A stretch of 64,000 nucleotides of DNA, taken from NCBI GenBank assembly GCA_018304465.1, contig JAGVWC010000010.1, positions 64,001 through 128,000 of the forward strand, read 5' to 3'. The notes beneath the pieces are model-generated. The model was given only the letters and a program-made list of their open reading frames with translations. It was not told the origin of the DNA and searched no databases. The stretch is from Candidatus Iainarchaeum sp. GTDB lineage: Archaea; Iainarchaeota; Iainarchaeia; Iainarchaeales; JAGVWC01. Position numbers and translations under genes: made by a program. Of the stretch, positions 1 to 9,348 are shown piece after piece (positions within the stretch are counted from its first letter, which is position 1; the number at the start of each line of letters is the position of its first letter).

Positions 1-96
1 CGATCGATTTAAATATCGCCAAACGTTTCACCGGCAATCCCCCTCGCCACGGTTTATTAATCGTTTTCTGCACGCAATCAAACAAACAACGGAGGA

Positions 97-324
97 ATGA
101 TAATGGCAGATACGTACATCGACAAGAAAGGATACCGGCGATTTTCAGATAGCAGTAACCTTGTACATCAATGGGTTGCAGAACAAAAAGTGGGTGGGCC
201 ACTTCGACCTGGAAGCGTTGTACACCACAAAGATCGAGACAAACTCAACAACGATCCAGATAACCTTTGGGTGTTCAAGAGCCAGAAAAAACACTGGAAA
301 ACACATCAGAAAGACGGGCATTAA
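97..324 (+). CDS. Small HNH endonuclease-like protein
   Basis: Motif VH-x-W...VVHHKDRDKLNNDPDNL typical of HNH_3 domains; GGAGG RBS upstream. Confidence 0.75.
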   Translation: MIMADTYIDKKGYRRFSDSSNLVHQWVAEQKVGGPLRPGSVVHHKDRDKLNNDPDNLWVFKSQKKHWKTHQKDGH

Positions 325-392
325 ACTGAGTGAAGATACACTTGCCAAGATTTATCAATAATAACCATGCACACATTTGAACGGGACCAGCG

Positions 393-773
393 ATGACTAC
401 TCACAATAAAAAAGAACCAGAATCCGACAAACCCTTAGAAGCACTCTCATTAAAGCAAGTGCATGAACTTGGAAAAGAATGGGAACTCGCAGCTATACAA
501 GACAAAAAAAATGCAAGCAATTTGGTATATCTACTCATCGGAATACTTGTTGGACTATTGGCAAATATATGGACAAATTTGTTGTTTTTTTATATTGAAA
601 AGCACGTCCAGTCTAAAGATATTCTTTTACAGAATTCTACGATTTTTACGCTTGTATTAACAGGCGTTATTTTCTTCATAGCTTGGAGAATCTCATCAAT
701 GGTCGATGAACTTCAAAATAAAGCACAATACAAACAGTTTTATTCAAAACTATTCAAAAATGCAAAAAAGTAA
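393..773 (+). CDS. Hypothetical membrane protein (2 TM), AT-rich
   Basis: 126-aa ORF with two hydrophobic segments; composition differs from core genes. Confidence 0.6.
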   Translation: MTTHNKKEPESDKPLEALSLKQVHELGKEWELAAIQDKKNASNLVYLLIGILVGLLANIWTNLLFFYIEKHVQSKDILLQNSTIFTLVLTGVIFFIAWRISSMVDELQNKAQYKQFYSKLFKNAKK

Positions 774-830
774 TTAAAGAGCTATCCGCATCCCCGTCTT
801 TTGCTTGCAGGGGCGAACCATAACAGAGCA

Positions 831-1436
831 TTAAACGATCGAAGCGGTTTGGACGTCTCCGGCGCGTTCGTAGTTCGCGAATATCACGCCCAACGGGGAA
901 ATGTTGGATTTCTTTAATTTGAACGCCGCGGGAATCGCGCCGCCGTCAAACAAGCGTTTTCCTTTTCCAAGCGTGATCGGAAAAATTTTGAGCCACAATT
1001 CGTCCACCAAATCGTTTTTCAACAAGGTTTGAATGAAATTCGCGCTGCCATGTACTTGCAGATCCGGACCGTTCGAAGATTTTAGTTTTTTAAGTTCGTC
1101 CAATAGGTTGCCTTTCAAAAACACCGTGTTTTTCCACACGGATTTCGAAAGCGACTTCGAGGCCACGAATTTTGTTTTTTCATTGATGCCCGGCCATTGA
1201 TCCGCGTGATCCGGCCAATACGCCGCAAAAATATCAAACGTTTTGCGACCCAACAGCAAGTCAGAGGGACCCATTTGTTTTTCCATTTCTTTTCCCGAAA
1301 AATCGTCAAAATACAGTGTCACCCATCCGCCGAATTTGAATCCGCCGGACGAATCCTCTGTCGGACCCCCGGGCGCTTGCACGACACCGTCAAGCGTGAC
1401 GAACTGCAACACAATGATTTTTCGCATTCGAATCAA
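831..1436 (-). CDS. Dihydrofolate reductase / RibD C-terminal domain family protein
   Basis: FVTLDGVVQAPGG, LLLGRKTF, VHGSANFIQTLL, LVDEL..IFPITLGKGKRLF motifs. Confidence 0.9.
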   Translation of the reverse strand: MIRMRKIIVLQFVTLDGVVQAPGGPTEDSSGGFKFGGWVTLYFDDFSGKEMEKQMGPSDLLLGRKTFDIFAAYWPDHADQWPGINEKTKFVASKSLSKSVWKNTVFLKGNLLDELKKLKSSNGPDLQVHGSANFIQTLLKNDLVDELWLKIFPITLGKGKRLFDGGAIPAAFKLKKSNISPLGVIFANYERAGDVQTASIV

Positions 1437-1921
1437 CCCCTTTTTCCCTTGGCGGCTTTTTCCAAGTCCATTACATTAATCCGTTTCATGTCCAGCAATG
1501 CTTTCATGGCGTTTTTCTTTTTTTCGGAATCCGCGGTTTTCATCCAGGCGTCAAAGTCTTTTGGAATCAATTGCCACGAAATCCCGAATTTGTCTTTTAA
1601 CCATCCGCACATTTCCGCGTTGGGGTCCGCGGATAGCTTGGCATAGTAGTAATCGATTTCTTTTTGGTCTTTGCACGGAATCATCAGCGAAATCGCTTCA
1701 TTGAACTTGAAATAGGGTCCGCCGTTTAACGCCAAGAATTCGTTTCCGTCCAATTCGAACGAAACCGTCATGACGCTTCCAACGGGTTTGTTCGAAGGCG
1801 TTTCTGTGACATATTTTTCGATTTGCGTTATTTTTGAATTCGGAAACACCGAAACATAGAATCGGCTGGCTTCTTCGGCTTGGCCGTCAAACCACAAACA
1901 AGGCGAAATTTTTCGAGACAT
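1433..1921 (-). CDS. VOC family protein (PhnB / 3-demethylubiquinone-9 3-methyltransferase-like)
   Basis: ISPCLWFDGQAEEA..FY, ALNGGPYFKFNEAISL, CGWLKDKFGISWQ; start moved to ATG 1921 behind GGAGG. Confidence 0.9.
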   Translation of the reverse strand: MSRKISPCLWFDGQAEEASRFYVSVFPNSKITQIEKYVTETPSNKPVGSVMTVSFELDGNEFLALNGGPYFKFNEAISLMIPCKDQKEIDYYYAKLSADPNAEMCGWLKDKFGISWQLIPKDFDAWMKTADSEKKKNAMKALLDMKRINVMDLEKAAKGKRG

Positions 1922-1935
1922 GCTTTTTCCTCCCT

Positions 1936-2034
1936 TTACATGGACTCCGGTTGCATCAAACCCGCGCGGTTTCCTTCGGAACGTTTTCGGTCTGTTGCCG
2001 GCATTTCGAAATGAATCACGGGATTCATTGTCAT
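1936..2034 (-). pseudogene. VOC family gene remnant with large in-frame internal deletion
   Basis: Reads MTMNPVIHFEMPATDRKR-SEGNRAGLMQPESM: VOC N-terminal motif joined directly to the C-terminal EGNR..LMQP motif. Confidence 0.7.
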
Positions 2035-2062
2035 GTACCAATACTCCATTTTTTTCTTTTTT

Positions 2063-2452
2063 TTACATTTGATAGATTTGAATCAGGTTTCCGCAAGTAT
2101 CATCAAACACCGCTTGAATGGTCGGGCCCTGATGCGCGGGTTTTTGGTGAAATTTGACTCCGAGTCGGGTTAAACGCTCGAATTCTTTCTGCACATCCGC
2201 CACCCAAAACGCCGTAAAAGGAATACCGTCGCGTTTAAGCGATTCTTTCAAGGCTTTCATCGCGGGATACCGGCCATTGGGTTCCAGCACGAGTTCCACG
2301 CCGTCGGGATCTTCCGGTGACACTACCGTGATCCACCGTTCTTGGGCGCCTAAAGGAATATCCCGTTTCTTGACAAACCCCAAGACCTCGGTGTAAAACA
2401 ACAAGGCTTGATCATAGTCTTCGATTGGAATACTAGTGAGCTTGATCCGCAT
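2063..2452 (-). CDS. VOC/glyoxalase family protein
   Basis: FYTEVLGF, RWITVVSPEDPDGVELVLEP, FDDTCGNLIQI. Confidence 0.9.
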   Translation of the reverse strand: MRIKLTSIPIEDYDQALLFYTEVLGFVKKRDIPLGAQERWITVVSPEDPDGVELVLEPNGRYPAMKALKESLKRDGIPFTAFWVADVQKEFERLTRLGVKFHQKPAHQGPTIQAVFDDTCGNLIQIYQM

Positions 2453-2475
2453 GACAAACCGCCTCTAAGCGAAAT

Positions 2476-2841
2476 TTACCATTCCACCAAAGCCTTGAAT
2501 CCGCCGTACGCCATGCGTTTGGGATCAAAGGGCATCACCATGTTTTTCATTTTGGGATCGTTCATCACTGGGTCCGACATGACTTTCTTGTTCACGCTAT
2601 CGCGGTGCTTGCGGGATTTATACACGATAAACGAAAACACGACGGTTTCGCCGGATTTTGTTTTGGCAAGTTTTGGAAAACGCGTCACGGTTCCTTTCGG
2701 CGCCAAATCATCCCCGATGGCTTCCGTGTATTGCAATGCACCGTATTTTTTCCAAAGCTTGGCGCCTAATTGAGCCATTTTTTTATACGATTGAACATTT
2801 TTCTTTGAAATCGGGATTACAAATCCGTCCACATACGTCAA
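2476..2841 (-). CDS. DUF1428 (YbaA-like) protein
   Basis: YVDGFVIP, YGALQY.E..GDD, ETVVFSFI.YKSR.HRD, MPFDPKRMAYGGF. Confidence 0.9.
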   Translation of the reverse strand: MTYVDGFVIPISKKNVQSYKKMAQLGAKLWKKYGALQYTEAIGDDLAPKGTVTRFPKLAKTKSGETVVFSFIVYKSRKHRDSVNKKVMSDPVMNDPKMKNMVMPFDPKRMAYGGFKALVEW

Positions 2842-2910
2842 AACAAAAACCCCCTTGGTTTAGTTCAAACTCCGAAAAGTTTATAACTTAATTGAATTAT
2901 AAAAATTTGC

Positions 2911-3321
2911 ATGATCAAACAAATATTCGTGAATCTTCCCGTGGAAAACCTCGAGCGATCCATCGCTTTTTTTTCCAAAATGGGTTTTTCATTCAATCCC
3001 CAGTTTACCGATGAAAACGCGACGTGCATGATCATCGGCGAAAACATGTTCGCCATGCTCTTGGTCAAACCGTTTTTCAAATCGTTTATCCAAAAAGAAA
3101 TTTCAAACGCCAAAAAAACCAGCGAAGTGATTCTTGCGATTTCCCTCGAAAACCGATTCGAAGTCGACGAACTCATGGTCAAAGCGATTTCCGCCGGCGC
3201 CAAAGAACCGCGAAAACCCCAGGACCTGGGCTGGATGTATCAACGCGGTTTTGAAGACCCGGACGGACACCTCTGGGAAGTATTCTTCATGGATCCCGCC
3301 AAAGCGGGTTCGAATCCCTAA
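2911..3321 (+). CDS. VOC/glyoxalase family protein
   Basis: QIFVNLPV..L.RS..FF..GFSFNPQFTDE, WMY.RGFEDPDGHLWE. Confidence 0.9.
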   Translation: MIKQIFVNLPVENLERSIAFFSKMGFSFNPQFTDENATCMIIGENMFAMLLVKPFFKSFIQKEISNAKKTSEVILAISLENRFEVDELMVKAISAGAKEPRKPQDLGWMYQRGFEDPDGHLWEVFFMDPAKAGSNP

Positions 3322-3387
3322 AATCCAAACCGCTTTCGCTTTTTTCTTTTTTTGGGGGTTAATAAACACTACGCACTACTAGTATGT

Positions 3388-3660
3388 ATGGACAACCGAT
3401 TAGACAACCGAGTTTATTACACCCGACCCAATAAAGAAAAAGCGGCCACCGAAGACGAAATCATACGATTCGAAAAATTCGTTCTTGCGGATATTCACCG
3501 TGGAAAACAATTCTTCATCATCGAAGAATTTCCAATCAAATTTTTCGGTTACGCCACCAAAATCCGGCTTCAAAAAGTCATGGAACCCGTAGAAACCCTT
3601 TCCGAAGAATCCAACGGCCGCTTATACAAAGTCGTTTCCACCAGCAGCATTTACGAATAA
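3388..3660 (+). CDS. Hypothetical protein
   Basis: ORF with core-like codon usage; ATG at 3388 downstream of an AT-rich promoter-like stretch. Confidence 0.55.
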   Translation: MDNRLDNRVYYTRPNKEKAATEDEIIRFEKFVLADIHRGKQFFIIEEFPIKFFGYATKIRLQKVMEPVETLSEESNGRLYKVVSTSSIYE

Positions 3661-3939
3661 TTTATTCGGGCGGAAACTATTTTTTTCTTCTTGGACCAGC
3701 GCTACATACCATGACATGCTTTGGCCTCGGGATTTTTCTCGGTTAGGTTTCGCCGTCCGCTCTACAACTGTTTTCATTCATTGATGTTCGGCAAAAAAAA
3801 TGCCGCCCACCCGTTCCAACAAGCCCGATTCGTTTTTCATCCAAAAACCCCTCTTAATCGCCGTTAACCCCCCCCCAACATATAAGTCGGTTATAGTTTT
3901 ATTATGAACGGTCGTCTTTACTATCCAGGAGGTGTTTTA

Positions 3940-4401
3940 ATGAAACGGGAACCAATGGATTTCAGCCGGTTATCCGAAACCATTAAAGCAAAGGAACTGG
4001 TCGGTAAAAAAGTCATGTCGGACACCGGCAAAGAAATCGGAAAAGTCAACGCCGTTCACCTCGACAAAGAGTCCCTGGCCATGGCCGGCATCGAAGTCGA
4101 CCGCGGACTCCTCGAAGTGGATTCCTTCATCGGAAAAGACTACATCTCTTCCATCGGAAACGAAGGAATCTTCCTTAACATCACGCCTGTCAGCGAATAC
4201 AAAGGCGCCAAAGTCCTTGACGCCGACGGTCACAACGTCGGACACGTCAAAGAAGTGCAGCGGGTGGGCGCCACCAACCAGCTCGAATCCATCGTCATCG
4301 ACCGCGGACTTGGAAAAGGCGACTTGGTCGTTGCCCGAAACGACATCCAGGTATTTGGCGACCGCATCATTTTAGGTCACCGCGTCAAATCCGTGGACTA
4401 A
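3940..4401 (+). CDS. Tandem PRC-barrel domain protein
   Basis: Two repeats of L/YxGxKV...G..IG.V; GGAGGTG RBS before ATG 3940. Confidence 0.85.
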   Translation: MKREPMDFSRLSETIKAKELVGKKVMSDTGKEIGKVNAVHLDKESLAMAGIEVDRGLLEVDSFIGKDYISSIGNEGIFLNITPVSEYKGAKVLDADGHNVGHVKEVQRVGATNQLESIVIDRGLGKGDLVVARNDIQVFGDRIILGHRVKSVD

Positions 4402-4533
4402 ACGGAAAGGCCCCTCCTTTCCATTCTCTTTTTCCACGACCCAGTCAAACCAAACGAAAAACAGAGTTGGAAAAGAAAACGAAGAATCCCAAAAGATTAA
4501 AAAGAACAAAAAAGAACTCTCTTTTTGAAGAAC

Positions 4534-4992
4534 ATGAAATGGGATCGACTCTTCATTGCGATCGGACTATGCGAACTCGCCGGATTCATCGGCGCGATTT
4601 TCACGTTACCCGCCTTGATCGATTGGTACCCCCGCCTCCAAAAACCGTTTTTTAACCCGCCCAACTGGGTGTTCGCCCCCGTGTGGATTCTGTTGTACGC
4701 GTCCATGGGAATCGCGGTGTACTGGGCGTCCGAAAAAGGACTCACCCAAAAAGCCAAGGTCTTGTTTGGAATTCAATTGGGATTAAACGTTTTATGGACG
4801 ATCTTGTTTTTCGGACTCAAAAACCCAGCCCTCGGATTTGTCGGAATCCTATTGCTTTGGATATCCATTATGGCCACCATGCTTGAATTTCGAAAAATCG
4901 AACCCAAAGCCGCCGCGATTCTGATACCCTATTTGTTGTGGACGACGTTTGCGGGAATCCTCAATTTTTACGTGATGATCCTAAATCCCTAA
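4534..4992 (+). CDS. tspO: TspO/MBR tryptophan-rich sensory protein
   Basis: WY..L.KPFFNPPNWVFAPVW.LLY..MG, LN.LW..LFFG, LIPYLLW..FA..LN. Confidence 0.92.
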   Translation: MKWDRLFIAIGLCELAGFIGAIFTLPALIDWYPRLQKPFFNPPNWVFAPVWILLYASMGIAVYWASEKGLTQKAKVLFGIQLGLNVLWTILFFGLKNPALGFVGILLLWISIMATMLEFRKIEPKAAAILIPYLLWTTFAGILNFYVMILNP

Positions 4993-5052
4993 AAAAAACC
5001 TTTCTTTGGCCCCCGATTTTGTTTATAATGCTTTCGGGCTTAGCACATAGAA

Positions 5053-5520
5053 ATGGAAACCCTCTTGGCCAACCCCGACTTGGTGCTTAAACTCGGTTTA
5101 TCCGTCATCATCGGTGCCTTGATCGGACTTGAACGCGAACTCGACGCCATGCCCGCGGGGTTTCGAACCCACATGCTGGTGTGTCTTGGCGCCACGTTGT
5201 TTACGATTCTTTCGATTGCGTATCCCGGCGGAGACCCGACCCGCATCGCGTCCCAAATCGTCGTTGGAATCGGGTTTTTAGGTGCCGGCGCGATCTTTAA
5301 AGCCGAAGGATCCACGCGCGGACTCACCACCGCAGCGGACTTATGGGCGTTGGCGGCCATCGGAATGGCCATTGGATTCGGCGAATACGTTCTGGCCTTG
5401 GTGGCAACGATCGTGGTATTGCTCATGCTGATGCTCAAAAAAATGCCTTTTTTCAAGAATTTCGTGCAAAAACACCACTTGTTCCAAAAACGCATTGAAA
5501 AAGAAGCGCCACCCCAGTAA
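5053..5520 (+). CDS. MgtC/SapB family membrane protein
   Basis: IGLERE...PAGFRTHMLV, DPTRIASQIV.GIGFLGAGAI, GLTTAA.LW. Confidence 0.92.
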   Translation: METLLANPDLVLKLGLSVIIGALIGLERELDAMPAGFRTHMLVCLGATLFTILSIAYPGGDPTRIASQIVVGIGFLGAGAIFKAEGSTRGLTTAADLWALAAIGMAIGFGEYVLALVATIVVLLMLMLKKMPFFKNFVQKHHLFQKRIEKEAPPQ

Positions 5521-5567
5521 ACGCATGTATCCAAAACCCCTAAAAGAACAATCCTCCTTTTTCTTAC

Positions 5568-6122
5568 ATGGCCAATTATTACCTGGACATCGAAACCACG
5601 GGACTGGATCCTCAAAAAGACAAAGTCATTACGATTCAATTCCAGGAACTCGACCGATCCAGCGGCGAACCCATCGGAAAACTCGTGATTCTAAAAGAAT
5701 GGGAATCCAACGAAAAAAAAATCCTGGAACAATTCATCGACGAATGCCACCTCAAAGACCCGTACCCCTTCACGTTTGTTCCCATCGGAAACAATTTTAA
5801 TTTCAAACACAATTTTTTGCTTGAAAAAACCAAACACTACGGCCTTCCCCCTATCGACATTTTGTCGCGTCCCTTCATTGACTTGCGCAGCTTTACCATT
5901 ATCATGAACAAAGGCGAATTCAAAGGAAGCGGCCTTGACAAAATCACGGGAAAAAACCTGGACGGAAACAAAGTTCCGCACTGGTACTATCACCAGGAAT
6001 TCGACACGATTGAAATATACATCAAAGACAAAACCCACGAATTCGTCAAACTCACCACCTGGTTGTACCGCGAAATGCCCAAGTTTTTGGAACGATTCCA
6101 AATCGAAAACCGGGTTCGCTAA
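5568..6122 (+). CDS. RNase H-like / DEDD 3'-5' exonuclease domain protein
   Basis: YYLDIETTGLDP ExoI motif; E..IL..F; IG.N..F. Confidence 0.75.
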   Translation: MANYYLDIETTGLDPQKDKVITIQFQELDRSSGEPIGKLVILKEWESNEKKILEQFIDECHLKDPYPFTFVPIGNNFNFKHNFLLEKTKHYGLPPIDILSRPFIDLRSFTIIMNKGEFKGSGLDKITGKNLDGNKVPHWYYHQEFDTIEIYIKDKTHEFVKLTTWLYREMPKFLERFQIENRVR

Positions 6123-6156
6123 CCGGTTTATAATGCGTTTATCCCATTGAACGTAT

Positions 6157-7086
6157 ATGGCGCCAACCACAGAACATTTCTTAGCCGTATCCGACGGACA
6201 CCAATTACACTTTCAAACCCGCGGAAAACCGAACGGAAAACCCGTGTTGTTTTTGCACGGCGGCCCCGGCGGCGGTTGCTCCAAAAAAGACCAGCGATTC
6301 TTCAATTACAAACACTTAAACGTCACGTTTTTGGATCAGCGCGGAAGCGGCAAAAGCACGCCGTACGCCAGCACCCACGCCAACACCACCCAGCATTTGG
6401 TCGAAGACATCGACGTGTTGCTTGACCACCAAGGCATTGACCAGGTTTTTTTGTTTGGCGGCAGCTGGGGAAGCACCCTGGCACTCTGTTACGCCATCGC
6501 GAATCCCGATCGCGTCGCCGGAATGCTCTTACGCGGAATATTCTTTGGCAACGCCCCCGAAATCAAATACATTTTTGACGGTCCCGCCAAACACTTGTTT
6601 CCCAACGCCCGCGCCCGATTGTATTCACTGGTGCCCAAAGACCAGCACCACCGGATCGCCGAATACTATTACGAACAAATCAATTCCCAAAACAAAGCCA
6701 AAGCCCTCGAATACGCGTTCGAATGGGAATTATACGAACAATCCTTGCTCAAACTCGAACCCAATGAAAAACACACGGAAAAAAAAATGAAAGTCTGGAA
6801 TCCGCTGGCCATCGCACGCTTGGAAACCCATTACTTTGTCAACAATTGTTTTTTACCCAACAATTACATTCTCAACCACATTTTTTCCATCGAAGACATT
6901 CCGCTTTCCATCGTGCACGGCCGCTACGACATGATTTGTCCCCCCCAAAGCGCGGTGTCATTGCACGAAAAACACGGCAAAAGTAAACTGTTTTTGACCA
7001 CCGCCGGCCACGCGAGTTCGGATCCGGCCACCGAAAAACGCCTCAAAGCCGAAATGGAATCCATGCGAAAAAAAATCAAATGGTAA
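6157..7086 (+). CDS. pip: Prolyl aminopeptidase (proline iminopeptidase)
   Basis: FLHGGPGGG, DQRG.GKS.P, FGGSWGSTLAL, VHGRYDMICP, AGH. Confidence 0.92.
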   Translation: MAPTTEHFLAVSDGHQLHFQTRGKPNGKPVLFLHGGPGGGCSKKDQRFFNYKHLNVTFLDQRGSGKSTPYASTHANTTQHLVEDIDVLLDHQGIDQVFLFGGSWGSTLALCYAIANPDRVAGMLLRGIFFGNAPEIKYIFDGPAKHLFPNARARLYSLVPKDQHHRIAEYYYEQINSQNKAKALEYAFEWELYEQSLLKLEPNEKHTEKKMKVWNPLAIARLETHYFVNNCFLPNNYILNHIFSIEDIPLSIVHGRYDMICPPQSAVSLHEKHGKSKLFLTTAGHASSDPATEKRLKAEMESMRKKIKW

Positions 7087-7179
7087 ACGAATTCATTCAA
7101 AAAAAAAGTTTTTAATTGTCTTCATGCCACAAGGGGCGTTGAAGAAAAGAAAAAAAATAGAAAAAGAAACCTGCGGGTT

Positions 7180-8013
7180 TTATCGCAGGTATTTGAGGGT
7201 GTTTTCAAACACGCCTTTGGTTGCGCCGGGATCGTAATTGAAATAAATTACTTTTCCGATGCCAAACCAGGTTTTTTCAACGACCGCGGGATACCAGGCC
7301 GGCGTCGTGACATTTTGAATGTACGCGACTTGGTTTCCGATCGGAGTCACATTGAAGGTTTCAAGGAACAACACCGCGTCCGGATCGGCGGGTGCGACTT
7401 CGATTCCTTCCATGATCTTGTGTTTGAAATCCTGTTGGAAAATCTTGGCGGTGACATGCACGGGTCGCGTACAGGTGGCCACGAAATCCTTTTCGTAATT
7501 GCATTCGACGGGCATGATGTCACCGAACGTGGCTTTCCAACCGATTACGTCGGACGCGCCATCGCGGTAAATACCCGAATCTTTGACGACGATCAGTTTT
7601 CCGCCGGTTTTGACCCAATCCTGAATCGCGTCACCTAAAACGCGCGGAACGGATTTATCGGCTTGTTTGGACTGGTCCAATAAAACGATTTTGTATTGCG
7701 CTAACTGGTCTTTGGGAGAAACCGATAACGAGCGCGCATCCCGAATCGTATAGCGCACCAAATCGCGGTCCTCGTCGAGAATCGCTTTCAATGTGGGCGA
7801 AGGCTCGCCGATGATCAACATGCGAACGGGTTCCGTTCCCAAACCGGGCAACGGCAAACTAAAAAAGCCAAATCGCGCTCCGGCATACACTGCGATAATG
7901 AGAATGATGATTAATGGAATCATGCTTTCGATATTGCTGGCCCGACTGCGAAAGCCCGTATCCGCGGGATAATCCTCGGCAGGTGCGGCACCGCCACCTT
8001 GTTCTGGATACAT
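7180..8013 (-). CDS. Membrane-anchored protein, class I glutamine amidotransferase-like fold
   Basis: N-terminal TM; L.QY.IVLL...WVKTGGKLIV; C-terminal GKVIYF; paralog of next ORF. Confidence 0.6.
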   Translation of the reverse strand: MYPEQGGGAAPAEDYPADTGFRSRASNIESMIPLIIILIIAVYAGARFGFFSLPLPGLGTEPVRMLIIGEPSPTLKAILDEDRDLVRYTIRDARSLSVSPKDQLAQYKIVLLDQSKQADKSVPRVLGDAIQDWVKTGGKLIVVKDSGIYRDGASDVIGWKATFGDIMPVECNYEKDFVATCTRPVHVTAKIFQQDFKHKIMEGIEVAPADPDAVLFLETFNVTPIGNQVAYIQNVTTPAWYPAVVEKTWFGIGKVIYFNYDPGATKGVFENTLKYLR

Positions 8014-8151
8014 CTTTTATTCACCCACTCCAATTACTCTGTTAATATCGTGTGTTGTTTGGTTTAAATAATTTTGCTTTATTAAAGCACAGAATAAAGG
8101 TTTTCAGTATATATAAATGTTGCTTTCGCCGCTAAACGCCCTGGAAGCCGT

Positions 8152-9078
8152 TTATTTGATCATTCCAAAATACATCTGTTCGACAATCGTCCAGTATTTT
8201 TCAGGCAAATCCGGCGCCACGAACTGTTCCGGCGGCACCGCATAATAGACCACCCGGTCTCCCACGCCACCGGTTTGAATCATCGGAAACGAATTCCCCA
8301 AATTCCGGTTGTCTTGGGTAATCAAATTGCCTTCCCAATCAAGCGTTAACACCCGCGTCGACGGCACATCATCAATCGGGCGCACAATCGCATAATCCCC
8401 GCGCAACACCAATCCTTCGCGCAAACCATACACCAAGGGATGATCGCGCTCTTGATCCAACCGCAAAATTCCCTGCCAAGGCCGTGTCTGCGAACACGCT
8501 TTGACTTCACAAAACCGGGCCACGTATCCGACGGACAAAAACTGGTCAAACGCCACGATCCGATCATATTCTTTGCGACGCCACGGATTAATCGGAACCG
8601 GGTTCGTCGAATTCAAATCCGGATCCTCGCTTTCAAGCAACAACGCGTCTCCCGGCGCAATTTGGGTTCCTGCGTCGCCGGTCCACACCAATCGTCCGCC
8701 TGAATTCACGTACTCCATAAACATCTTGAGTTTGCCCGTACTCATGGTCCGCGACCGTTCCACAATCACCAAATCATACCGCTTGATATTCCCCAGATTC
8801 ACCAAATCCAACCGCGACATCGCGGCTTGCACGCCGGCATGCTGCGGATCCCCCAAGGCTTGCCGCAACAAGTCCGGATCTCCCATGCCCTGGCCGCCGT
8901 CAATAATCAATACGCGCGGAGGCCCTCCGCGGGTAATCAACCAATACGCGTCACACCAACCCGGCACCGCGGCACAACGCAAAACCCCGGTCCACGTCAA
9001 CAAATACAATAACCCCAACACCAAGCCCACGAGCACGACGAGATGAAAAAGATCCTTGGTTGTTTGGCGATAATCCAT
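8152..9078 (-). CDS. Membrane-anchored protein, class I glutamine amidotransferase-like fold (paralog)
   Basis: N-terminal TM; YDLVIV...YVNSGGRLVW; HPLV.GL; RVVYY. Confidence 0.6.
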   Translation of the reverse strand: MDYRQTTKDLFHLVVLVGLVLGLLYLLTWTGVLRCAAVPGWCDAYWLITRGGPPRVLIIDGGQGMGDPDLLRQALGDPQHAGVQAAMSRLDLVNLGNIKRYDLVIVERSRTMSTGKLKMFMEYVNSGGRLVWTGDAGTQIAPGDALLLESEDPDLNSTNPVPINPWRRKEYDRIVAFDQFLSVGYVARFCEVKACSQTRPWQGILRLDQERDHPLVYGLREGLVLRGDYAIVRPIDDVPSTRVLTLDWEGNLITQDNRNLGNSFPMIQTGGVGDRVVYYAVPPEQFVAPDLPEKYWTIVEQMYFGMIK

Positions 9079-9171
9079 ATTCAAAACACCGGGAAAAGCG
9101 TTCCAATACCTTTTTATGGTTTTCAATATAATAAACTTATTGGAAACAAAACCACTATTTGGAGAAAAAAC

Positions 9172-9348
9172 ATGGTTAAACTACAACAAAACCAAGGTGC
9201 CGGAGGACCCAGTTCCTCGCTTGGGATCATGCGATTTTTCGACGTGGAAACCGGCGGACCCAAATTGTCCCCGCAATTCGTCGTCGGACTCAGCGTCGCG
9301 TTCGTGATTCTCATTATGGTACTACGCATCACGATTTTTAAGAGTTGA
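9172..9348 (+). CDS. secG: Preprotein translocase subunit Sec61beta
   Basis: PSSSLGIMRFFD.E..GPKLSPQFVV followed by a TM helix; ATG 9172. Confidence 0.88.
   Translation: MVKLQQNQGAGGPSSSLGIMRFFDVETGGPKLSPQFVVGLSVAFVILIMVLRITIFKS

Noticed and set aside
3661-3900. Short broken minus-strand ORFs in the intergenic gap
   Set aside because: No recognisable protein or RNA motif
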